Below, piece after piece: positions 14,201-27,103 of a stretch of DNA of 64,000 nt. Source of the stretch: the human T2T-CHM13v2.0 reference genome, Homo sapiens; the NCBI RefSeq assembly GCF_009914755.1, contig NC_060933.1. One strand, given 5' to 3'. The notes beneath the pieces were generated by a model, which did not search any database, had not been told where the DNA came from, and saw only the letters and a list, made by a program, of their open reading frames with translations. The position numbers were made by a program, and so were the translations under genes. Every line of letters starts with the position of its first letter. The stretch's first letter is position 1.

Positions 14201-17100
14201 TGGAATGCAATGGAATGGAATCAACCCGAGTGCAATCGAATGGAATCGAATGGAATGGAATGCAATGGAATGGATTCAACTTGAATGGAATGGAAAGAAT
14301 GGAATCAACACGAGTGGAAGGGCATGGATTGGAATGCAATGGAATGGAATCAACCCGAGTACAGGGGAATGGAATGGAATGGAATGCAATGGAATGGAAT
14401 CATCCGTAATGGAATGGAAAGGAATGGAATGGAATGGAATGGAATGGAATGGAATGGAATCAACTCGATTGCATTCGAATGGAATGGAATGGAATTAACC
14501 CGAATAGAATGGAATGGAATGGAATGGAATGGAACGGAACGCAATGGAATGGAATGGAATGGAATGGAGAGGAACGGAAAGGAAGGGAATGGAATGGAAT
14601 GGAATGGAATGGAATCAACGCGAGTGCAGGGGAATGGAATAGAATGGAATGCAATGGAATGGAATCTTCCGGAATGGAATGGAATGGAATGGAATGGAAT
14701 CAACCCGAGTGCAATGGAATGGAGTGTAATGGAATGGAATGGAATGGAACAAGCCGAATGGAATGGAATGTAATGGAGAGTAAGGGAGTTGAATAGAATC
14801 AATCCGAATGTAATGGAATGGAATGGAACGGAATGGAATTGAATGGAATGGAATGGAATGCAATGGAATGGAATCAACCCGAGTGCAATGGAATGGAGAG
14901 GAATGGAATGAAATGGAATGGAAACTACCCGAATGGAATGGAATGTAATGGAGTGTAAGGGAATTGAATAGAATCAATCCGAATGTAATGGAATGGAATG
15001 GAATGGAATGGAATGGAATGGAATGGAATGGAATGCAATGGAATGGAATCAACCTGAGTGCAATCGAATGGAATCGAATGGAATGGAATGCAATGGAATG
15101 GATTCAACTTGAATGGAATGGAAAGAATGGAATCACCACGAGTGGAATGGCATGGATTGGAATGGAATGGAAAGAAATCAACCCGAGTACAGAGGAATGG
15201 AATGGAATGGAATGCAATGGAATGGAATCATCCGTAATGGAATGGAAAGGAATGGAATGGAATGGAATGGAATGGAATGGAATCAACTCGATTGCAATCG
15301 AATGGAATGGAGTGGAATTAACCCGAATAGAATGGAAAGGAATGGAATGGAATGGAACGGAACGGAACGGAATGGAATGGAATGGAATGGAATCAACGCG
15401 AGTGCAGGGGAATGGAATGGAATGGAATGCAATGGAATGGAATCTTCCGGAATGGAATGGAATGGAATGGAATGGAATGGAATGGAATGGAATGGAATCA
15501 ACCCGAGTGCAATGGAATGGAGTGGAATGGAATGGAGTGGAATGGAACAACCCGAATGGAATGGAATGTAATGGAGAGTAAGGGAGTTGAATAGAATCAA
15601 TCCGAATGTAATGGAATGGAATGGAACGGAATGGAATTGAATGGAATGGAATGGAATGCAATGGAATGGAATCAACCCGAGTTCAATGGAATGAAGAGGA
15701 ATGGAATGGAATGGAATGGAAACTACCCGAATGGAATGGAATGTAGTGGAGTGTAAGGGAATTGAATAGAATCAATCCGAATGTAATGGAATGGAATGGA
15801 ACGGAATGGAATGGAATGGAATGGAATGGAATGGAATGCAATGGAATGGAATCAACCCGAGTGCAATCAAATGGAATCGAATGGAATGGAATGCAATGGA
15901 ATGGATTCAACTTCAATGGAATGGAAAGAATGGAATCAACACGAGTGGAATGGCATGGATTGGAATGGAATGGAATGGAATCAACCCGAGTACAGGGGAA
16001 TGGAATGGAATGGAATGCAATGGAATGGAATCATCCGTAATAGAATGGAAAGGAATGGAATGGAATGGAATGGAATGGAATGGAATGGAATGGAATGGAA
16101 TCAACTCGATTGCAATTGAATGGAATGGAATGGAATTAACCCGAATAGAATGGAATGGAATGGAATGGAACGGAACGGAATGGAATGGAATGGAATGGAA
16201 TGGAATGGAATGGAACGGAAAGGAAGGGAATGGAATGGAATAGAATGGAATGGAATGGAATCAACGCGAGTGCAGGGGAATGGAATGGAATGGAATGCAA
16301 TGGAATGGAATCTTCCGGAATGGAATGGAATGGAATGGAATGGAATGGAATGGAATCAACCCTAGTGCAATGGAATGGAGTGGAATGGAATGGAATGGAA
16401 TGGAACAACCCGAATGGAATGGAATGTAATGGAGAGTAAGGGAGTTGAATAGAATCAATCCGAATGTAATGGAATGGAATGGAACGGAATGGAATTGAAT
16501 GGAATGGAATGGAATGGAATGGAATGGAATCAACTCGATTGCAATGGAATGGAATAGAATGGAAAGGAGTACATTGGAATCAAGGCGAGTGGAATGGAAT
16601 GGAAAGGACTGGAATGGAGTGGAATGGAATGGAATGGAATGGAATGGAATCAACTCGATTGGAATGGAATGGAATGGAATGGAATGGAATCAACGTGAGT
16701 GCAGGGGAATGGAATGGAATGGAATGCAATGCAATGGAATCTTCCGGAATGGAATGGAATGGAATGGAATGGAATGGAATGGAATGGAATGGAATGGAAT
16801 CAACCCGAGTGCAATGGAATGGAGTGGAATGGAATGGAATGGAATGGAACAACCCGAATGGAATGGAATGGAATGGAGAGTAAAGGAGTTGAATAGAATC
16901 AATCCGAACATAATGGAATGGAATAGAACGGAATGGAATTGAATGGAATGGAATGGAATGCATTGGAATGGAATCAACCCGAGTGCAATGGAAAGGAGAG
17001 GAATGGAATGGAATGGAATGGAAACTACCGGAATGGAATGGAATGTAACGGAGTGTAAGGGAATTGAATAGAATCAATCCGAATGTAACGGAAAGGAATG
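11300..17100 (+). repeat. ~5.8-kb higher-order repeat, copy 1
   Basis: Rare markers recur at ~5.8-kb period: GGCATCGATTGG (~11435/17239/23038), ATGCTACGG (~12607/18401/24215), AACCTGAGTG (~15051/20865/26609). Near-identical ORF-track peptides start at 11819/17613/23427 and 12064/17858/23672. Confidence 0.88.
13938..16432 (+). repeat. Three tandem ~0.8-0.9-kb HSat3 subunits (example of the basic composite monomer)
   Basis: The landmark GAGAGTAAGGGAGTTGAATAGAATCAATCCGAATG occurs at ~13938, 14776, 15574 and 16432 (spacings ~838, 798, 858). The same module order is seen at ~4538/5426/6270. Confidence 0.85.
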
Positions 17101-20100
17101 TAACGGAATGGAATGGAATGGAATGGAATGGAATGGAATCAACCCGAGTGCAATCGAATGGAATCGAATGGAATGGAATGCAATGGAATGGATTCAACTT
17201 GAATGGAATGGAAAGAATGGAATCAACACGAGTGGAAAGGCATCGATTGGAATGGAATGGAATGGAATCAACCCGAGTACAGGGGAATGGAATGGAATGG
17301 AATGCAATGGAAAGGAATCATCCGTAATGGAATGGAAAGGAATGGAATGGAATGGAATGGAATGGAATGGAATCAACTCGATTGCAATCGAATGGAATGG
17401 AATGGAATTAACCCAAATAGAATGGAATGGAATGGAATGGAACGGAACGGAATGGAATGGAATGGAATGGAATGGAATGGAACGGAATGGAATGGAATGG
17501 AATGGAATGCAATCAACGCGAGTGCAGGGGAATGGAATGGAATGGAATGCAATGGAATGGAATCTTCCGGAATGGAATGGAATGGAATGGAATGGAATGG
17601 AATGGAATGGAATCAATTCGATTGCAATCGAATGGAATGGAATGGAATTAACCCGAATAGAATGGAATGGAATGGAATGGATCGGAACGTAATGGAATGG
17701 AATGGAATGCAACGGAACGGAACGGAATGGAATGGAATGGAATGGAATGGAATGGAATCAACGCGAGTGCAGGGGAATGGAATGGAATGGAATGCAATGG
17801 AATGGAATCTTCCGAAATGGAATGGAATGGAATGGAATGGAATGAAATGCAATGGGTTCAACTCGATTGCAATGGAATGGAATATAATGGAATGGAATGG
17901 AATGGAATGGAATTAATTCGAATAGAATGGAATGGAATGGAATGGAATGGAGAGGAATGGAATGGAATGGAATGGAATGGTATGGAATGGAATGGAAAGG
18001 TACGGAATAGAATGGAATGGAACGAATTGTAATGGAATGGAATTGAATGGAATGGAATGGAATGGAATGGAATCAACGCGAGTGCAGGGGAATGTAATGG
18101 AACGGAATGCAATGGAATGGAATCATCCGCAATGGAATGGAATGGAATGGAATGGAATGGAATCAACCCGAGTGCAATGGAATGGAGTGGAAAGGAATGG
18201 AATGGAATGGAACAACCCGAATGGAATGCAATGTAATGGAGAGTAAGGGAGTTGAAGAGAATCAATCCGAATGTAATGGAATGGAATGCAACGGAATGGA
18301 ATGGAATGGAATGGAATGGAATGCAATGGAATGGAATCAACCCGAGTACAATGGAATGGAATGGAATGGAATGGAATGGAAGGAAATGGAATGGAATGGA
18401 ATGCTACGGAATAGAATGGAATGGAACGAAATGGAATGGAATGGAATGGAATGGAATGGAATGGAATGGAATCGTTCCGAGTGGAATAGGAGGGAATGTA
18501 ATCGACTGGAATGGAAAGGAATGGAATCAACCAGAGTGGAATGGGAGGGAATGGAATGGAATGGAAACTAATAGAATGGAATCAACCCGAGAGGAATGGA
18601 ATGGAAAGGACTGGAATGGAATGGAATGGAATGGAATCAACTCGATTGTAATGGAATGGAATCGAATGGAATGGAATGGAATGGAATGGAATTAACCCGA
18701 ATACAATGCAATGGAATGGAATGGAACGGAATGGAGTGGAATGGAATGGAATCAACCCGAGTGCAGGGGTATGGAATGGAATGGAATGCAATGGAATGGA
18801 ATCATCCGGAATGGAATGGAATGGAATGGAATGCAAAGCAATGGAATCAACTCCATTGCAATGGAATGGAATGGAATGGAAAGGAATACATTGGAATCAA
18901 CCCGAGTGGAATGGAATGGAAAGGACTGGAATGGAGTGGAATGGAATGGAATGGAATGGAATGGAATCAACTCGATTGGAATGGAATGGAATGGAATGGA
19001 ATGGAATGGAATGGAATGGAATGGAATTAACCCGAATAGAATGGAATGGAATGGAATGGAACGGAACGGAACGGAATGGAATGGAATGGAATGGAATGGA
19101 ATGGAATGGAAACAACCCGACTGCAGGGGAATGGAATGGAATGGAATGCAATGGAATGGATTCAACTTGAATGGAATGGAAAGAATGGAATCAACACGAG
19201 TGGAATGGCATGGATTGGAATGGAATGGAATGGAATCAACCCGAGTACAGGGGAATGGAATGGAATGGAATGCAATGGAATGGAATCATCCGTAATGGAA
19301 TAGAAAGGAATGGAATGGAATGGAATGGAACGGAATGGAATGGAATCAACTCGATTGCAATCGAATGGAATGGAATGGAATTAACCCGAATAGAATGGAA
19401 TGGAATGGAATGGAATGGAACGGAACGGAATGGAATGGATTGGAATGGAATGGAATGGAATGGAATGGAACGGAAAGGAATGGAATGGAATGGAATGGAA
19501 TGGAATGGAATGGAATGGAATGGAATGGAATCAACGCGAGTGCAGGGGAATGGAATGGAATGGAATGGAAAGGAATGGAACGGAATGGAATGGAATGCAA
19601 TGGAATGGAATCTTCCGGAATGGAATGGAATGGAATGGAATGGAATGGAATGGAATGGAATAAACCCGAGTGAAATGGAATGGAGTGGAATGGAATGGAA
19701 TGGAATGGAACAACCCGAATGGAATGGAATGTAATGGAGAGTAAGGGAGTTGAATAGAATCAATCCGAATGTAATGGAATGGAATGGAACGGAATGGAAT
19801 TGAATGGAATGGAATGGAATGCAATGGAATGGAATCAACCCGAGTGCAATGGAATGGAGAGGAATGGAATGGAATGGAATGGAAACTACCCGAATGGAAT
19901 GGAATGTAATGGAGTGTAAGGGAATTGAATAGAATCAATCCGAATGTAATGGAATGGAACGGAATGGAATGGAATGGAATGGAATGGAATGGAATGGAAT
20001 GGAATGGAATGCAATGGAATGGAATCAACCCGAGTACAATCGAATGGAATCGAATGGAATGGAATGCAATGGAATGGATTCAACTTGAATGGAATGGAAA

Positions 20101-22900
20101 GAATGGAATCAACACGAGTGGAAGGGCATGGATTGGAATGCAATGGAATGGAATCAACCCGAGTACAGGGGAATGGAATGGAATGGAATGCAATGGAATG
20201 GAATCATCCGTAATGGAATGGAAAGGAATGGAATGGAATGGAATGGAATGGAATGGAATGGAATGGAATCAACTCGATTGCATTCGAATGGAATGGAATG
20301 GAATTAACCCGAATAGAATGGAATGGAATGGAATGGAATGGAACGGAACGCAATGGAATGGAATGGAATGGAATGGAGAGGAACGGAAAGGAAGGGAATG
20401 GAATGGAATGGAATGGAATGGAATCAACGCGAGTGCAGGGGAATGGAATAGAATGGAATGCAATGGAATGGAATCTTCCGGAATGGAATGGAATGGAATG
20501 GAATGGAATCAACCCGAGTGCAATGGAATGGAGTGTAATGGAATGGAATGGAATGGAACAAGCCGAATGGAATGGAATGTAATGGAGAGTAAGGGAGTTG
20601 AATAGAATCAATCCGAATGTAATGGAATGGAATGGAACGGAATGGAATTGAATGGAATGGAATGGAATGCAATGGAATGGAATCAACCCGAGTGCAATGG
20701 AATGGAGAGGAATGGAATGAAATGGAATGGAAACTACCCGAATGGAATAGAATGTAATGGAGTGTAAGGGAATTGAATAGAATCAATCCGAATGTAATGG
20801 AATGGAATGGAATGGAATGGAATGGAATGGAATGGAATGGAATGGAATGCAATGGAATGGAATCAACCTGAGTGCAATCGAATGGAATCGAATGGAATGG
20901 AATGCAATGGAATGGATTCAACTTGAATGGAATGGAAAGAATGGAATCACCACGAGTGGAATGGCATGGATTGGAATGGAATGGAAAGAAATCAACCCGA
21001 GTACAGAGGAATGGAATGGAATGGAATGCAATGGAATGGAATCATCCGTAATGGAATGGAAAGGAATGGAATGGAATGGAATGGAATGGAATGGAATCAA
21101 CTCGATTGCAATCGAATGGAATGGAGTGGAATTAACCCGAATAGAATGGAAAGGAATGGAATGGAATGGAACGGAACGGAACGGAATGGAATGGAATGGA
21201 ATGGAATCAACGCGAGTGCAGGGGAATGGAATGGAATGGAATGCAATGGAATGGAATCTTCCGGAATGGAATGGAATGGAATGGAATGGAATGGAATGGA
21301 ATGGAATCAACCCGAGTGCAATGGAATGGAGTGGAATGGAATGGAGTGGAATGGAACAACCCGAATGGAATGGAATGTAATGGAGAGTAAGGGAGTTGAA
21401 TAGAATCAATCCGAATGTAATGGAATGGAATGGAACGGAATGGAATTGAATGGAATGGAATGGAATGCAATGGAATGGAATCAACCCGAGTTCAATGGAA
21501 TGGAGAGGAATGGAATGGAATGGAATGGAAACTACCCGAATGGAATGGAATGTAGTGGAGTGTAAGGGAATTGAATAGAATCAATCCGAATGTAATGGAA
21601 TGGAATGGAACGGAATGGAATGGAATGGAATGGAATGGAATGGAATGCAATGGAATGGAATCAACCCGAGTGCAATCAAATGGAATCGAATGGAATGGAA
21701 TGCAATGGAATGGATTCAACTTCAATGGAATGGAAAGAATGGAATCAACACGAGTGGAATGGCATGGATTGGAATGGAATGGAATGGAATCAACCCGAGT
21801 ACAGGGGAATGGAATGGAATGGAATGCAATGGAATGGAATCATCCGTAATGGAATGGAAAGGAATGGAATGGAATGGAATGGAATGGAATGGAATGGAAT
21901 GGAATCAACTCGATTGCAATTCAATGGAATGGAATGGAATTAACCCGAATAGAATGGAATGGAATGGAATGGAACGGAACGGAATGGAATGGAATGGAAT
22001 GGAATGGAATGGAATGGAACGGAAAGGAAGGGAATGGAATGGAATAGAATGGAATGGAATGGAATCAACGCGAGTGCAGGGGAATGGAATGGAATGGAAT
22101 GCAATGGAATGGAATCTTCCGGAATGGAATGGAATGGAATGGAATGGAATGGAATGGAATCAACCCTAGTGCAATGGAATGGAGTGGAATGGAATGGAAT
22201 GGAATGGAACAACCCGAATGGAATGGAATGTAATGGAGAGTAAGGGAGTTGAATAGAATCAATCCGAATGTAATGGAATGGAATGGAACGGAATGGAATT
22301 GAATGGAATGGAATGGAATGGAATGGAATGGAATCAACTCGATTGCAATGGAATGGAATAGAATGGAAAGGAGTACATTGGAATCAAGCCGAGTGGAATG
22401 GAATGGAAAGGACTGGAATGGAGTGGAATGGAATGGAATGGAATGGAATGGAATCAACTCGATTGGAATGGAATGGAATGGAATGGAATGGAATCAACGT
22501 GAGTGCAGGGGAATGGAATGGAATGGAATGCAATGCAATGGAATCTTCCGGAATGGAATGGAATGGAATGGAATGGAATGGAATGGAATGGAATGGAATC
22601 AACCCGAGTGCAATGGAATGGAGTGGAATGGAATGGAATGGAATGGAACAACCCGAATGGAATGGAATGGAATGGAGAGTAAAGGAGTTGAATAGAATCA
22701 ATCCGAACATAATGGAATGGAATAGAACGGAATGGAATTGAATGGAATGGAATGGAATGCATTGGAATGGAATCAACCCGAGTGCAATGGAAAGGAGAGG
22801 AATGGAATGGAATGGAATGGAAACTACCGGAATGGAATGGAATGTAACGGAGTGTAAGGGAATTGAATAGAATCAATCCGAATGTAACGGAATGGAATGG
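17100..22900 (+). repeat. ~5.8-kb higher-order repeat, copy 2
   Basis: Same ordered markers as copy 1, including GGAAAGAAATCAACCCGAGTACAGAG (~15169/20983), CAACCCTAGT (16357/22161) and CAACGTGAGT (16691/22495). Confidence 0.88.
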
Positions 22901-25900
22901 AACGGAATGGAATGGAATGGAATGGAATGGAATGGAATCAACCCGAGTGCAATCGAATGGAATCGAATGGAATGGAATGCAATGGAATGGATTCAACTTG
23001 AATGGAATGGAAAGAATGGAATCAACACGAGTGGAAAGGCATCGATTGGAATGGAATGGAATGGAATCAACCCGAGTACAGGGGAATGGAATGGAATGGA
23101 ATGCAATGGAAAGGAATCATCCGTAATGGAATGGAAAGGAATGGAATGGAATGGAATGGAATGGAATGGAATGGAATGGAATCAACTCGATTGCAATCGA
23201 ATGGAATGGAATGGAATTAACCCAAATAGAATGGAATGGAATGGAATGGAACGGAACGGAATGGAATGGAATGGAATGGAATGGAATGGAATGGAACGGA
23301 ATCGAATGGAATGGAATGGAATGCAATCAACGCGAGTGCAGGGGAATGGAATGGAATGGAATGCAATGGAATGGAATCTTCCGGAATGGAATGGAATGCA
23401 ATGGAATGGAATGGAATGGAATGGAATCAATTCGATTGCAATCGAATGGAATGGAATGGAATTAACCCGAATAGAATGGAATGGAATGGAATGGATCGGA
23501 ACGTAATGGAATGGAATGGAATGCAACGGAACGGAACGGAATGGAATGGAATGGAATGGAATGGAATGGAATCAACGCGAGTGCAGGGGAATGGAATGGA
23601 ATGGAATGCAATGGAATGGAATCTTCCGAAATGGAATGGAATGGAATGGAATGGAATGAAATGCAATGGGTTCAACTCGATTGCAATGGAATGGAATATA
23701 ATGGAATGGAATGGAATGGAATGGAATTAATTCGAATAGAATGGAATGGAATGGAATGGAATGGAGAGGAATGGAATGGAATGGAATGGAATGGTATGGA
23801 ATGGAATGGAAAGGTACGGAATAGAATGGAATGGAACGAATTGTAATGGAATGGAATTGAATGGAATGGAATGGAATGGAATGGAATCAACGCGAGTGCA
23901 GGGGAATGTAATGGAACGGAATGCAATGGAATGCAATCATACGCAATGGAATGGAATGGAATGGAATGGAATGGAATCAACCCGAGTGCAATGGAATGGA
24001 GTGGAAAGGAATGGAATGGAATGGAACAACCCGAATGGAATGCAATGTAATGGAGAGTAAGGGAGTTGAAGAGAATCAATCCGAATGTAATGGAATGGAA
24101 TGCAACGGAATGGAATGGAATGGAATGGAATGGAATGCAATGGAATGGAATCAACCCGAGTACAATGGAATGGAATGGAATGGAATGGAATGGAAGGAAA
24201 TGGAATGGAATGGAATGCTACGGAATAGAATGGAATGGAACGAAATGGAATGGAATGGAATGGAATGGAATGGAATGGAATGGAATCGTTCCGAGTGGAA
24301 TAGGAGGGAATGTAATCGACTGGAATGGAAAGGAATGGAATCAACCAGAGTGGAATGGGAGGGAATGGAATGGAATGGAAACTAATAGAATGGAATCAAC
24401 CCGAGAGGAATGGAATGGAAAGGACTGGAATGGAATGGAATGGAATGGAATCAACTCGATTGTAATGGAATGGAATGGAATGGAATGGAATGGAATGGAA
24501 TGGAATTAACCCGAATACAATGCAATGGAATGGAATGGAACGGAATGGAGTGGAATGGAATGGAATCAACCCGAGTGCAGGGGTATGGAATGGAATGGAA
24601 TGCAATGGAATGGAATCATCCGGAATGGAATGGAATGGAATGGAATGCAAAGCAATGGAATCAACTCCATTGCAATGGAATGGAATGGAATGGAAAGGAA
24701 TACATTGGAATCAACCCGAGTGGAATGGAATGGAAAGGACTGGAATGGAGTGGAATGGAATGGAATGGAATGGAATGGAATGGAATGGAATGGAATGGAA
24801 TTAACCCGAATAGAATGGAATGGAATGGAATGGAACGGAACGGAACGGAACGGAATGGAATGGAATGGAATGGAATGGAATGGAATGGAAACAACCCGAC
24901 TGCAGGGGAATGGAATGGAATGGAATGCAATGGAATGGATTCAACTTGAATGGAATGGAAAGAATGGAATCAACACGAGTGGAATGGCATGGATTGGAAT
25001 GGAATGGAATGGAATCAACCCGAGTACAGGGGAATGGAATGGAATGGAATGCAATGGAATGGAATCATCCGTAATGGAATGGAAAGGAATGGAATGGAAT
25101 GGAATGGAACGGAATGGAATGGAATCAACTCGATTGCAATCGAATGGAATGGAATGGAATTAACCCGAATAGAATGGAATGGAATGGAATGGAATGGAAC
25201 GGAACGGAATGGAATGGATTGGAATGGAATGGAATGGAATGGAATGGAACGGAAAGGAATGGAATGGAATGGAATGGAATGGAATGGAATGGAATGGAAT
25301 GGAATGGAATCAACGCGAGTGCAGGGGAATGGAATGGAATGGAATGGAACGGAATGGAATGGAATGCAATGGAATGGAATCTTCCGGAATGGAATGGAAT
25401 GGAATGGAATGGAATGGAATGGAATGGAATAAACCCGAGTGAAATGGAATGGAGTGGAATGGAATGGAATGGAATGGAACAACCCGAATGGAATGGAATG
25501 TAATGGAGAGTAAGGGAGTTGAATAGAATCAATCCGAATGTAATGGAATGGAATGGAACGGAATGGAATTGAATGGAATGGAATGGAATGCAATGGAATG
25601 GAATCAACCCGAGTGCAATGGAATGGAGAGGAATGGAATGGAATGGAATGGAAACTACCCGAATGGAATGGAATGTAATGGAGTGTAAGGGAATTGAATA
25701 GAATCAATCCGAATGTAATGGAATGGAACGGAATGGAATGGAATGGAATGGAATGGAATGGAATGGAATGGAATGCAATGGAATGGAATCAACCCGAGTA
25801 CAATCGAATGGAATCGAATGGAATGGAATGCAATGGAATGGATTCAACTTGAATGGAATGGAAAGAATGGAATCAACACGAGTGGAAGGGCATGGATTGG

Positions 25901-27099
25901 AATGCAATGGAATGGAATCAACCCGAGTACAGGGGAATGGAATGGAATGGAATGCAATGGAATGGAATCATCCGTAATGGAATGGAAAGGAATGGAATGG
26001 AATGGAATGGAATGGAATGGAATCAACTCGATTGCATTCGAATGGAATGGAATGGAATTAACCCGAATAGAATGGAATGGAATGGAATGGAATGGAACGG
26101 AACGCAATGGAATGGAATGGAATGGAATGGAGAGGAACGGAAAGGAAGGGAATGGAATGGAATGGAATGGAATGGAATCAACGCGAGTGCAGGGGAATGG
26201 AATAGAATGGAATGCAATGGAATGGAATCTTCCGGAATGGAATGGAATGGAATGGAATGGAATCAACCCGAGTGCAATGGAATGGAGTGTAATGGAATGG
26301 AATGGAATGGAACAAGCCGAATGGAATGGAAAGTAATGGAGAGTAAGGGAGTTGAATAGAATCAATCCGAATGTAATGGAATGGAATGGAAAGGAATGGA
26401 ATTCAATGGAATGGAATGGAATGCAATGGAATGGAATCAACCCGAGTGCAATGGAATGGAGAGGAATGGAATGAAATGGAATGGAAACTACCCGAATGGA
26501 ATGGAATGTAATGGAGTGTAAGGGAATTGAATAGAATCAATCCGAATGTAATGGAATGGAATGGAATGGAATGGAATGGAATGGAATGGAATGCAATGGA
26601 ATGGAATCAACCTGAGTGCAATCGAATGGAATCGAATGGAATGGAATGCAATGGAATGGATTCAACTTGAATGGAATGGAAAGAATGGAATCACCACGAG
26701 TGGAATGGCATGGATTGGAATGGAATGGAATGGAATCAACCCGAGTACAGGGGAATGGAATGGAATGGAATGCAATGGAATGGAATCTTCCGTAATGGAA
26801 TGGAAAGGAATGGAATGGAATGGAATGAAATGGAATGGAATGGAATGGAATCAACTCGATTGCAATTGAATGGAATGGAATGGAATTAACCCGAATAGAA
26901 TGGAATGGAATGGAATGGAACGGAACGGAATGGAATGGAATGGAATGGAATGGAATGGAATGGAACGGAAAGGAAGGGAATGGAATGGAATAGAATGGAA
27001 TGGAATGGAATCAACGCGAGTGCAGGGGAATGGAATGGAATGGAATGCAATGGAATGGAATCTTGCGGAATGGAATGGAATGGAATGGAATCAACCCGA
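22900..27099 (+). repeat. ~5.8-kb higher-order repeat, copy 3 (internally deleted, truncated by the inversion)
   Basis: Follows copies 1 and 2 marker for marker to ~26710, then skips about one subunit and ends at the breakpoint. Confidence 0.82.
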
Positions 27100-27103
27100 T
27101 TCC
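27087..27103. other. Satellite inversion (strand-switch) breakpoint
   Basis: The sequence reads ...TGGAATGGAATCAACCCGA|TTCCGTTCCATTCC... The last CAACCCGA(GT) terminator is cut after GA and fused directly to C-rich pentamers, with no intervening foreign sequence. Confidence 0.95.

Larger units (their letters stand above)
1..27099 (+). repeat. Human Satellite III (HSat3) array, left arm, G-rich (GGAAT)n strand on +
   Basis: Continuous GGAAT pentamers interrupted by CAACCCGAGT/CAACACGAGT/CAACGCGAGT/CAACTCGA motifs (e.g. 371-380, 561-570). This pentamer-plus-terminator organisation is the established Sat III signature. HSat2-type CATTCGATGAT units were not seen. Confidence 0.97.
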
